The notes under the pieces were generated by a model, which was given only the letters and a program-made list of their open reading frames with translations, did no database searches and was not told the DNA's origin. Shown one piece after another: positions 49,535 through 60,527 of a DNA stretch of 64,000 nt (its first letter is position 1; every line of letters begins with the position of its first letter). Origin of the DNA: a virus (lineage: Duplodnaviria > Caudoviricetes). The position numbers and the translations under genes were made by a program. Location: the IMG/VR virus record IMGVR_UViG_3300025413_001239; one strand, written 5' to 3'.

Positions 49535-52368
49535 ATGAATAAGATACTTAATGGCTTAAGAGAATGACCTTGGGAAATGTATAACCACATTGGTGGATTA
49601 TCCTACAAAGGAACTTATCTACAAAGTCAAAAGATTGGTTATTGGTATTTTGATTGGTTTGGTAAACGCAAAACAGAGTTTTACTTATGAATAAGGTAAT
49701 TAAAGGTTTAAAAGAAGGGCTTTGGGAACAATATTTTTCTGATGGTAGCTTATATTACAGGGGAAGTTATTTGCACGACAAAATGGTTGGTTACTGGGTC
49801 GTTAATTATTTAGTCCGTTTTAAGCATCGTAAACAAGAAACTGAATTTTACTTATGAATCAATTTAACGCTAGAGGTAGCAAACATGGTCATTGGAAAAG
49901 TAATATTGGCGATACGTATATCCATGATGGTTCTTATCTTAATGGCAAAAAACATGGCCCTTGGAAATCAACCTTCGCATTTTCCGATAAGTTAAGCTGG
50001 ACTGGTTTCTATAAAATGGATATGCAAGTCGGATTCTGGAAAAAGTATCAAAAAGGTAAATTATATAAAACTCTATTTTATATATGAATCAATTTAACGA
50101 GAAAGGGGAAAAGCACGGCTATTGGGAACGAAAAATTGGTGGAGTATTCACCCATAAGGGTTCCTATGTTAATGGTAAACAACATGGCTTATGGTTATCA
50201 GCATCTTGGGAAGAATATCATACTAATGGTAAATTACATTATAGAGGACAATACAAAAATGGAAAATACATTGGTAGATGGATATACTATTTTTCTAACG
50301 GCAAGTTAGCTTTTCTGGGTCATTACTTAAATGGTAATTACATAGGCTTCTGGATAGTTAATGATGATGATGGTCAATTAAAATATAAAGCATTTTATCT
50401 ATGAATCAAAGAAACGATAAAGGCTTAAGAGAAGGTTATTGGGAAGATAAACATGGTGATATGGTAATTTATAAGGGTTCCTATGTTAATGGTCAAAAAC
50501 ATGGCTTATGGTTATCAGCATCTCCAACTTCTAATCGGTTAAATTGGGCAGGTTATTTTGATATGGATACCAACGTGGGGTTCTGGTGTTGGTATCTTAA
50601 AGGTGAATTAAAAACAACACTAGAATTCTTTTTATGATTAAGCAAAAACTACATGAATTTGATAATAATTGGTATAGAGGACAATGTATAAATAATATAC
50701 CTGTTGGATTTTGGTTATTTAAGACTAATACAATTTTTGGTAAACATAATAAGATTTTTTACTTATGATATATTATGATAAAATGGACAGAATTAGTGAA
50801 TTATCTAATTATCTTCTCTACGGTTTCAATTTTACTGGCCGTTACATTAACGGATTTAAAATCGGATTTAAAATCGGATTTTGGGCCATAATTGATTATT
50901 CAACCGAATTAACGCATAAAGAATTTTACTTATGAAAATACATCATCATGAAACAACATGGTCTAAAGGCACACTTATTGATGGTGCGCAAATTGGTTAT
51001 TGGGAATACTATCACCACGTTAATCGTGGCAATTTAAAATCAATTAATAAAGTATTTCTTTTATGAAAGAACACTACAAATCAAATTGGGCAAAGGGTAC
51101 ATTTATTAATGGTGATTTTCATGGCTATTGGGAATTTTATCAGTATGGTAATTCTAAAATACTAAGCAATAAAATCACAATTAAAACATTCTTCATATGA
51201 AAGAATACGTAAATCAAACTTGGTATAATAGAGGTGGTAACTTAAAACGAGCTGAATTTTATTTATGAACGACAAAAATACAACCGAATTAATTGAAAGG
51301 TATTATCAAAACGGACAACTTAGTATCAGAGTTACATTAGTAAACGGCAAAAGGACTGGTGCTTGTGAATCATATTTCCAAAATGGTAAATTGGAATTTA
51401 AAGGACCATGCCTAAATAACGAACCCATCGGATTCTGGCTGGATTATCATTATAGCGGTAAATTAAATACAACAGAATTTTACTTATGAACGAATATATA
51501 CTTGAAATAAATTATTATAATAACGGAAAAATACGTTTTAAGTCATCTTATACGGATAATCGAAATAAGACTACAACCGAATGGTATTTCGAAAACGGTC
51601 AGTTAGACTTGATGTGTCATTACTTAAATTATCAACAAATAGGATTCGCTAAATCCTATTATCAATATGGTGGTTTACATACAACAGAATTTTACTTATG
51701 AATCAATATAACGCAAACGGTGAAAGACATGGCCCTTGGGAATTTTATCACAATAAAAAAATTGAATGCAAAGGCCAATACGTAAACGGACAAAAAGAAG
51801 GTCAATGGATATGGTATTACCCTAACGGAACAATAGCATTCAATTACGTAAACGGATTAATGCATGGCACGTTTGAAAGTCATGATGATAAGTCAATACT
51901 TGTTTGTAAAGGCCAATACGTAAACGGACAAAAAGAAGGTGAATGGTGGGAAACTAACATAACGAAAGCATACACATGGTTAAGAACTTATTCAAAAGAC
52001 CATATCAGATTTGAAAAAAAATATGAATACATGGGTCATTTAATACATAAAGCATTCTTCTTATGAATAAGAAAATTAATAGCTTAAAAGAAGAACCTTG
52101 GGAAACCTATTATACTAATGGTAAACTAGCCTCTAAGGGTGAATACATTAACGGCAAACATCACGGACCATACGAATCATTTTATATGAATGGTAACTTG
52201 TATTGGCAAGGCTATTTTAAAGACGGTATTTACCATGGCTTATTTAAAGTATTTTATAATAACGGACAAGTATTCTCTAAAGGTCAACACTTTAATGGTG
52301 GTAAATGTGGCATATGGGAATACTATCACGAAGATGGTCTAATAGATTATAAAGAATTTCACTTATGA
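49535..52368 (+). repeat. MORN/YwqK-like mini-gene block 3: 14 chained ORFs (starts 49535, 49687, 49854, 50084, 50401, 50634, 50765, 50932, 51063, 51197, 51265, 51486, 51698, 52063)
   Basis: Read codon by codon; 23-122 aa each, all joined by ATGA overlaps; first has an internal TGA. Confidence 0.85.
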
Positions 52369-52384
52369 TGTTTAACGAACTTAT

Positions 52385-52523
52385 GTGCCGTAGGCCAGAT
52401 GTCCAACGGACGAGTGTGCCGTAGGCCAGATGTCCAACGGACTTGTGTGCCATCGCCATGAAGGCTCTGGACGAGTGTGCCGTAGGCCAGATGTCCAACG
52501 GACGAGTGTACACAAAAGTGTTC
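52385..52523. repeat. Tandem 30-31-nt GC-rich repeats (4 units)
   Basis: GTGCCGTAGGCCAGATGTCCAACGGACGAGT x3 (one with 2 changes) plus a variant unit; then GTACACAAAAGTG. Confidence 0.9.
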
Positions 52524-52882
52524 ATGAAATTAGAAGTTATGGATAAATATAACAACATAAGACTCTTATTGTAAAAATTACTTAAAATTCCTTAAATTTA
52601 ATTCTATGTGTTCTTAAGTGTACCTAAAACAACCCGTTTACATTATTTGAGTTTTTTTTTGAATTTTTGGTAAAATGTGGTAAAAAGTGGGTAAATGTGG
52701 TAAAATCCAGACGTAAAAAACGGAAAATGGGGTTTTTAAGGCATTTTAAAGAGTTTTTTAAAATATAGCATTTTAGCCATTTTTGAAAAATCATTTTATA
52801 CCACCCACTAAAAATATTTTTTTTCGATATATTACAGGAAATTTTTATACGTCTATATACAGGGCATAAAACCGCTTTTATA

Positions 52883-52972
52883 TACACAAAAGTGTACATG
52901 AAGTCCAGAGCCTTCATGGCGATGGTACACTCGTCCGTATGTCCTCGTGACTACGGTACATAAAGTCCACAC
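52883..52972. repeat. Inverted member of the same repeat family
   Basis: 52903-52930 is the reverse complement of 52445-52472 with one mismatch. Confidence 0.85.
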
Positions 52973-53089
52973 ACAAGCCTGAATGTTCCACGTGAAACAT
53001 AAGATTTTGGCCAGGTTTTTACGGTACCCTTAAAGCTTAAATTTTTCATGTTCAGCCTTAAGAATTGTACCTGAGTACTTGTGGTTTAA

Positions 53090-53353
53090 TTAAACAGTTA
53101 TTTGCGCACTGGATGCGTCATATTTAATTGAACCATATTTACTGTACTGAATTCCAGATTTAAATTCAGGTTCCTTTAACCTAAGAAATTTGTATGCGTC
53201 CCATAGGGCCTTTTTAGCTTCTCTTTTTGTTTTAAATGTTATTGTGTATCCATAGAAGTTATTTCTAGTTGTTACAGAATTATGTGTTTGGATTGCTCTA
53301 CAAAGGGTACTGTTTCCGTTTATTTGACCCGTAATGTTAATAGTTGTTATCAT
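53090..53353 (-). CDS. Hypothetical protein with divergent promoter
   Basis: TACTTTTG motif on minus strand at ~53380. Confidence 0.6.
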   Translation of the reverse strand: MITTINITGQINGNSTLCRAIQTHNSVTTRNNFYGYTITFKTKREAKKALWDAYKFLRLKEPEFKSGIQYSKYGSIKYDASSAQITV

Positions 53354-53549
53354 ATATAAGTTATTTGATGAGCGGCAAAAGTATATGTATGTAAGTCACC
53401 GTAAAAGATGAATTTGGTTATGTGGTAATCTACTAGTATATTTGCAGTAGTTAAGTGGTTAATTGTTAAGGGTTTACATATAAATAAAATAAAAAAAGTT
53501 TTTGCCATATCAAAAAATACCCTTATCTTTGCATTCTAAATTAACAATT

Positions 53550-54323
53550 ATGGTATTAGAAAATGTTCAAAGTAAAAAAGTTATTAAAACAAGTTATGTT
53601 CGTGGTAAGTATCCTTTATTAACTCAAAACAATTACAAAACAATTAAGGGTGAAAAGTTGGGCATCAAAACACTTATATTGTATCTAAGTCCTTATAAGG
53701 ATAATAGTAAGGGTAAAAACTTATGTCCCAAGGCTAGTTTAGGTTGTAGCAAAGCTTGTTTATTTAATAGTGGTATGGGTGGTATGTATGAGCAAGTTGC
53801 TAATGGTAGACGTAATAAAACAGAATGGTTTCTCGAAGATAGGGAAAGTTTTGTTGGTACGCTTATTGTTGAGATTGCGAAAGCGGTAAAAAAGTATAGT
53901 GCTGATTGGCATTTGAGTATTCGCTTAAATGGTACTAGTGATATTGTTTGGGAAAACATTTATTATGGTGGTAAGAATATTTTCGAGCATTTTCCTGATG
54001 TAGATTTTTATGACTATACTAAAATTAGTAGTAGATTCAAAAAACAACTACCAAAAAATTACCACTTAACTTTTTCAAGGAGTGAAGAAAACGAAAGTGA
54101 AGCTTTAAGCTTATTGCGTAAGGGTTTCAATGTGGCTGCCGTATTCTTAAAAAAACCAACACATTACAAAGGGTTTAAGGTAGTTGATGGCGATTTATCT
54201 GATAACCGTATTGGTGACGAAAAGGGTGTAATTGTAGGTTTATCCTATAAGAACGCTACAGGTAAAAATGGTGGTGAATTAAACCAATATGCGAAGACTA
54301 GTGGGTTTGTAATATTTATTTAA
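53550..54323 (+). CDS. Phage Gp88-like protein
   Basis: NLCPKAS.GC..ACL, IRLNGTSDI.WE, FYDYTK, YHLTFSRSE, DGDLSD.R; likely start 53550. Confidence 0.75.
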   Translation: MVLENVQSKKVIKTSYVRGKYPLLTQNNYKTIKGEKLGIKTLILYLSPYKDNSKGKNLCPKASLGCSKACLFNSGMGGMYEQVANGRRNKTEWFLEDRESFVGTLIVEIAKAVKKYSADWHLSIRLNGTSDIVWENIYYGGKNIFEHFPDVDFYDYTKISSRFKKQLPKNYHLTFSRSEENESEALSLLRKGFNVAAVFLKKPTHYKGFKVVDGDLSDNRIGDEKGVIVGLSYKNATGKNGGELNQYAKTSGFVIFI

Positions 54324-54382
54324 AAATAAATTTTGTTAGTAATAAAAATAGGCTTATATTTGCATAAATAAAAATAATAATT

Positions 54383-55273
54383 ATGGATATTAAACAACAA
54401 GCACAAGACATTTTAAGTAAACATGGATTAGATTTTACAATTAGTAAATTACCATTAATAGCTATTGATGAAGGTGGTAATCAGTTGATAACACCTTATT
54501 ATGGTTTAGTCAATTCGAGTAATAACGAATGCATCAATACTTGCCGAGAAGGTTATACCATATCCCAAAACAGTGATGTTATTGAGATGGTGTTAACGGG
54601 TATGCAAAAGTTTGGTGATGAGTTAACAGTTAGCAAGGCTGGGTCAATTAATAACGGACGAAGGGTATTTGTGCAGTTGGAAGTTAAGGGCTTAAAAAAG
54701 ATTGGTAATGATACCATGAAGCAGTTTGTTACTGTTATTGATAGTAACGATGGTAGTACAGGTCTTAGTGTGGGTATATCAGATATTCAAGCACATTGTA
54801 CTAATCAGTTTTTCAGATTCTACAAAAAGGGTAATTCAAGGTTCAGGCATACTGCAACTATTACTCAAAAGATTCAAGAGATTCCTAGTTTAATTGAAAC
54901 AGCTCTGAATGAAAACCTAAGGCAGGTTCGTACATACGAGCGTTTCTTAAGTACTGAATTAAGTAAGAACTTAGCTGATAAGATGGTTAAGGAAGTGTTA
55001 GGTTATGATAGGGTGTTTACGAGCTTAGAAGACTTCGCAAAGATGACTAATCGTTCAACTGATATGATGGATACGCTTTATAACAATATTCAACATGAAT
55101 TTGGTGAGGTTGGTGAAAACTTATTTGGTTTGTTTAATGGTGTAACTAGATACACTACTTATCATCAAAGTACCCCTAAGCGTTTTAATGGGCATGATGA
55201 AAGTCTCATTGTTGGTTCTGGCTATAAGAAAGCCTTAACAGCTTATGACCTTTGTCTAGCTGAAATAAGCTAA
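54383..55273 (+). CDS. DUF932 (TIGR03299-like) protein
   Basis: GLDF, KAGSINNGRRVF, SNDGS, CTNQF, RHT, NLFGLFNGVT. Confidence 0.8.
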   Translation: MDIKQQAQDILSKHGLDFTISKLPLIAIDEGGNQLITPYYGLVNSSNNECINTCREGYTISQNSDVIEMVLTGMQKFGDELTVSKAGSINNGRRVFVQLEVKGLKKIGNDTMKQFVTVIDSNDGSTGLSVGISDIQAHCTNQFFRFYKKGNSRFRHTATITQKIQEIPSLIETALNENLRQVRTYERFLSTELSKNLADKMVKEVLGYDRVFTSLEDFAKMTNRSTDMMDTLYNNIQHEFGEVGENLFGLFNGVTRYTTYHQSTPKRFNGHDESLIVGSGYKKALTAYDLCLAEIS

Positions 55274-55276
55274 AAT

Positions 55277-55320
55277 ACTTATCCACACTTAGCTTCGGTT
55301 GAGTGTGGATAACTTTTTTT
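55277..55320 (+). terminator. Terminator hairpin whose arms contain perfect DnaA-box sequences
   Basis: TTATCCACA 55279-55287 / TGTGGATAA 55304-55312, T run follows. Confidence 0.65.
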
Positions 55321-57560
55321 ATACATGGGTAAAAAAGTAACGGGTAGGTCGGAGTATACCCCCGATGTCGTTTAGAACTATCGTCTTGTCTCAATGACAC
55401 TGCAAAGATAAGGGTTTCGTTTCATATAAAAAAACTTTTTTTATTTTTGTTTATGTGAAAATATAGTATTATATTTGCATCACAATAAAATTAAGTAGTT
55501 ATGAAAGTTGCAAAATTAGTAAGAGTGTCATTAGTTTGTCGTGTAATTTGTGAGGATACAGCTAGTAAACAGGATATTTTGGAATTGGCTATTCCTAAGT
55601 TAAGTGAAGCACTTATGGATAATCCGTATGAATCGGTTGAAGAAATTCTTGATGATACAGAATGTCCTTTTGATTTATCAACTGATGATTAAAAATAAAT
55701 TTTTTTATGTGGAGATATACTAGTATATTTGCAGTATATTTGCAGTATAAAATTTATTATTAACAATTAAACAACGAAGATGTCCCCGTTCAAAGGGCAT
55801 GTAGCTTATCGGACAATATTTCAAAGCGTGTACATTAGGCGCAAATGGTAAAACAGTTAACAAGTGGGTTTATTCGTGGGATTTCAATAATGGGCTTAAA
55901 TTAATGGAACATTCATTTATTGGCAATCCGTTTGTTTCAGCGGTTGAAAGTCTTATATGGAATAAGCCTGAACGTTTGGTATGGGCTGGTGATTATGCAG
56001 ATAAGTGTAAGCAACGTAAAAGTAATGTGTATGACCGTTGCACTGACAAAAACCAAGTTAAGCCTATTGCGATGGTATCTACAAAGGAAAGCAGGTTTAT
56101 TATAAACCATACTAAGGGCTTGTATGTGGATAAAAATAAAGTACCTAAAGACAAATCTCATTGGGGTTTGCAATTACATCCTTTGCCATTACTAACTTGT
56201 GAGGGCAATTTAAGAGGTGGGGGTAGTTTTAGTGGTGCTAAAGGTGCTGAATTTGTTGGTACATGGGCAAGAGATTTAATTTCAGTTAGTTCAAAAAAAC
56301 CTATTGGATTTAAGGAAATTACACCTAACTTTAGTGAAGGTTAATAGATTATTGGATAACCTTATTTTATATAAGGTTATCCTTTTTGATATATCTATTA
56401 GTATGTGAACATAATGGTTTTAATTTGCGTAAAGTGGTTTATTCAAATTATCACGATTGTCATAAGATACCTAAGCGTATTGATGAAGATGACGAAGATG
56501 TTAAAGAAGTGTTGGTTATCAGTTAAATTAAATGAGATGAATGTAGAAAAAATGTCAAGGTTTGATGTAATCCATAAGTTATTTCAATTGGATTTAGTAA
56601 ATGGGGATACTAACGGTTGTGTATCCTATAGTGAGTTTAAGAATCGTGCTAGTATTATGAGGTACGGGAAACAAAACAAAAATCAATTGAAGATTGTTTT
56701 TGTTGGGTTTCCTAAGGAGAATTTATTTGGATTCTATGTTCAATGTGATACTGACCCAAAGTGTATGAAACAAGCTTATGAGTGGTATTGCAAGTTAATT
56801 AAGGGTAAATTAGATTTTGACGATGTGGATATTCACTTTGGTAATTGTGGGTTTCCAATCACTTATGGTTATATTCGTTATATTGAATAATTATCACGTT
56901 TTATATCTCTATTAATTTTTGAACATAAAGGTTGAAGGTTAGTCGTATCAAAAAATACTAGTATATTTGCATCATAATTAAAAGTTTAACAAATGAAAAA
57001 ATTTAATGTTACTTCGGGAGTTCTTGTTGCTTCTGACCCATGTTACACGATTAACCCACCAACATGGTATCAAGGCATCATTGAGAATGTCAAAAACGGT
57101 GAGTGGATTGCTACCGTTGAAGAATACGGTGAGCGTATTGCTGAATTGTTTATATCGCATAAGGATACGCATTTGACCTTATCTGATATGTTTGTTGATG
57201 AAGTTGAATTTCCCTTTGCAGCTGCTGTTGATAGTGGGCAATTTGGCTTTTTTGATAAGGCAGGTTATCGTCAAGACTTATTGGCTAATGGTTTACCTAA
57301 GGCTGATTTTGGTGATGGTTACGATAGAGAAGAAGGCGACCTATGGTATCGTGCTGTTTGTGATTTGACTTTAGGTGATGAAGGTTGGGGTGTATTGCCT
57401 GACGGTGTTGCTTCAAGTTCTGGCTTTGGTGATGGTCGTTATACCGTATATGGTGTTAAGGATGGCAATGGTGAATGGGTTGGCTTACGGGTTGTCTTTA
57501 TCAATTTGGAAACAGATAAAGAAGACGAAGACGAAGACGATGAGTTATAAAAAAGATTTG

Positions 57561-57580
57561 GGGGTATAGAAATATACCCC
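57561..57580. repeat. Palindrome GGGGTATA-GAAA-TATACCCC (also 60470-60489, 61248-61267)
   Basis: Three identical 20-nt copies; two form the spacer of a TTTG..TATATTTG promoter. Confidence 0.85.
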
Positions 57581-57591
57581 TATATGGGTAT

Positions 57592-57655
57592 GTACACAAA
57601 AGTGTACTATACGTCACGAGGACGTTCGGACGAGTGTACTATACGTCACGAGGGC
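57592..57655. repeat. Dispersed GC-rich repeat family member
   Basis: GTACACAAAAGTGTAC, then GGACGAGTGTAC core with TATACGTCACGAGG x2. Confidence 0.8.
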
Positions 57656-58955
57656 AAAATAAATTTGGTAGTTTGGAGATATAGCCTTATATTTGCATCA
57701 AATTAAAAGTTATGAAGAAATTACAGTTTATTGTTACATTAGAGTTTGCTGATAAGATAAGCGATGATAATGAAATTATTGAAGTTGCTAAAAATATCGC
57801 TAGAGCGATTAAGAATGAAGTAAACCACGGTGAAGGTATTGCTCCTGACGATAGTGATTCGTATACTTTAGGCGGTGAAGTTAAGCCTCAATTTATTGAC
57901 GAGTTTGCACCTATTACAATTTAAATTAGGTTAAGTCCTTAAATACTAGTATATTTGCATTCTAAATTACGAAGCATGGCAAAGTTTTTTGTTGTTGATG
58001 GTTATTGGAAAGATGATAAGTCTTCCATTAATGGTTATATTGTTACTGATATGGATAGCAGTGTCGGTTACCCTGTTAATGGCTTAACAGATGAAGATAT
58101 ATTCTTTTATGGTTTAAATGAACTGGAGATTCAAGAAGCTATTGAGTTGGGTGAAGATACCGTTCAAGATTTTGTTATTACAACATATAGAGAATATTAA
58201 ATTTGGTGGTATCGAAAGATACTAGTATATTTGCATCAAATAAAACTTATAAATTATGACTTATATTGTAACTGATATTGAGTATGATACTGATGGTGAA
58301 GATGTTGATTTACCTGAAACGCTTAGTATAGATGTTCCTGATGAAATTGATAACGAGGATGAAATTTTAGATTATATTACTGATAAAATAAGTGATATAA
58401 CAGAATTTTGTACACTTGGTTTTATATTTGAAAAACACTAAAAATTTACAGATTATGCAATTGTATGGGGTTAAATTAAACGATGGTCACAAGGCAAGAG
58501 TTGACCAACAATTTGAGGGTTACTTAGGTAGCGGTTACATTGAATTTTACACTAGGGGTGAAGCCATAAAGAAGGCTAAAGCCTTCGGTGGTTCAATTAA
58601 ACCAATGGGTAAAAACTATACTGTTAAGTCCTTAACGGTTTTGCAGTTATCCAAAAAGGATATACATAAAGTAATTGTACAAAAACTTAAAGGCTTAGAA
58701 GCTTTTATAGATACAGAAGAAATTGATGAGCCTTTATATCAAGGCGATATATTCGAGCAAATTATTGGTGAGGTTTCAGAAATTACAAAAATGAAAGGTA
58801 CAACTTTTCCACCAAACTTTGAAATGGAGTTAAAAGTCTTAAATACGTTATGTTTCAATGCTGATTATATAATGTTAGTAGATTAAAAATAAATTTGCTA
58901 ATTCAAAATATAGTCGTATATTTGCATCATTATTAACATCTAAAAATTTACAATT

Positions 58956-59222
58956 ATGGGAATGGTTAAAAGACAAAAGCACACTTTGTTATTGGGTGAG
59001 GGTATTCACCAACACACTTTGTATGGTAACATTGAAGTTGAGGAAGAACGTAAGGACTTTTCAAAAGTTGTTGTTACAAGTGATGGAGTGTTAAGGCACG
59101 AAAAACCTAATGGTTCATTTGGTGAGCATAAAACTTTACAAGTTGAAAAGGGTAAATGGGTTCAAGGTAAGCAAGTTGAATACAATCCATTTAAGCAATC
59201 CGTATCACAAGTGTTTGATTAA
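58956..59222 (+). CDS. Conserved small phage protein (paralog of 15346)
   Basis: GEH..QVEYNP..VFD. Confidence 0.65.
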   Translation: MGMVKRQKHTLLLGEGIHQHTLYGNIEVEEERKDFSKVVVTSDGVLRHEKPNGSFGEHKTLQVEKGKWVQGKQVEYNPFKQSVSQVFD

Positions 59223-59316
59223 AATGAAAAGGGTAAATTAATTTTTACCCTTTTTTTGTTTATATCAAAAATAGTCTTATATTTGCACCAATATTAACAA
59301 TTTAAAAATTACAGTT

Positions 59317-59709
59317 ATGAACCCATTAGTCCATTCAAAGAGTTCAGTTAAACGTTGGGGTGGTAAAGTTGAAGATTACTTACCTATTCACATTTTACTT
59401 GATAGCCCAAAAGAAACTATGAATAACAATACAAGTAGATGCTTAACACATAATACTTGGTTTTGTTACCATATCATACCTAAGATATTTGGTTACAATA
59501 TAACCAATTCCGATGGTCGTAGTATTGATACTGTTGATATTGCTATGTTACATTGCTGCGAAGATTTTCGTTTTCGTTTCGTTCCTACACCACAAGACTA
59601 TTTGAAACACATGACTGTTGAAGCGTGGATGTGTAATGGAGTAAAGGATGTAGAAAATCCCGAAAGCATACAAGCAGCTAAGGATTTTTTAGAGAAAATC
59701 AGACAATAA
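59317..59709 (+). CDS. DUF6915-like protein
   Basis: MNPLVHSKSSVKRWGGKVEDYLPIH..EDF..FVPTPQD. Confidence 0.7.
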   Translation: MNPLVHSKSSVKRWGGKVEDYLPIHILLDSPKETMNNNTSRCLTHNTWFCYHIIPKIFGYNITNSDGRSIDTVDIAMLHCCEDFRFRFVPTPQDYLKHMTVEAWMCNGVKDVENPESIQAAKDFLEKIRQ

Positions 59710-59800
59710 ATTTGGTAGGTAAGTAATTTACCCTTACATTTGCACTCTATTAATAAATATCGGGATATTCCGAAAAAGTCATCTAATAAAATTTAAAGTT

Positions 59801-60457
59801 ATGGAACTAAAAGAAGCGTTACAAAGGTTTAAGGACTTAAACTTAGAGAAAGCAGTATTAACCTTTGATTGTGGTGGTGATAGTATGGGTGATACTAGTT
59901 GGGAGTTATTATTAGCTGATGGTGAAGCAGTTAAGGACGATGATTTGGAAAGTTACTTTGACGATGAAGTTTATAGGGAAGTAGAGTTCTATGTTAATTC
60001 CGATGGGTATTACAACGGTGAAGCAGGTACTGTTGAGGTTACTATTGAAACTGACGGTGAGGATGATGAATTTTTCAGTTATTATAAGGATGCTATGAGT
60101 GAGTTTACAGAGCAAACCACTAACATCATTGAGGTTAAATTAACGCCCGAAATGTTAGCTTTCATTTCTGAAAATGTATCAAACATTAATGGTGATGATA
60201 GTGGCTTTACTATCAATTACAAAAAAGACTTGCTTTTGACTGATGAACAAGAAACGCTTGTTGATGAGATTGAAAACTTGTTACAAAAGGAGTGTGAAGA
60301 ATATGAGCCTGAAATGGAAGGTGATGATTGCACACTTGAAGATTGGTTTAGTTATACCACAAATTCGGATAATGACGAATTAACTGAATTAACTATTAAA
60401 GACGATAACCTTTTGGTTATCCTTACTAATAGTTTCCAAACATTTAGTGAAAGTTAG
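59801..60457 (+). CDS. Acidic DUF6878-like protein
   Basis: FDCGGDS..N.DG..G motif. Confidence 0.55.
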   Translation: MELKEALQRFKDLNLEKAVLTFDCGGDSMGDTSWELLLADGEAVKDDDLESYFDDEVYREVEFYVNSDGYYNGEAGTVEVTIETDGEDDEFFSYYKDAMSEFTEQTTNIIEVKLTPEMLAFISENVSNINGDDSGFTINYKKDLLLTDEQETLVDEIENLLQKECEEYEPEMEGDDCTLEDWFSYTTNSDNDELTELTIKDDNLLVILTNSFQTFSES

Positions 60458-60527
60458 GAAAAAGATTTGGGGGTATAGAAATATACCCCTATATTTGCAT
60501 TATTAAATAACACATAAAATACAGATT

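Larger units (their letters stand above)
55501..58886 (+). other. Small early-type genes, most with own promoter (55501, 55904, ~56537, 56993 DUF4241-like, 57712, ~57976, 58256, ~58455)
   Basis: ORF track and repeated TACTAGTATATTTGCA promoters; 56993 has VDSGQFGFFD..SSGFGDG.Y. Confidence 0.6.

Noticed and set aside
46209-52368. Diversity-generating retroelement or integron acting on the MORN array
   Set aside because: No reverse transcriptase or integrase in the window, no adenine-specific template/variable repeat pair, no attC-like palindromes.
52385-52507. Second CRISPR array
   Set aside because: The 13-nt core is too short, three of four intervening segments are identical, and there is no cas gene nearby.
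52292-52917. ORFs 52292-52558 and 52624-52917
   Set aside because: They translate repeat or low-complexity non-coding DNA.
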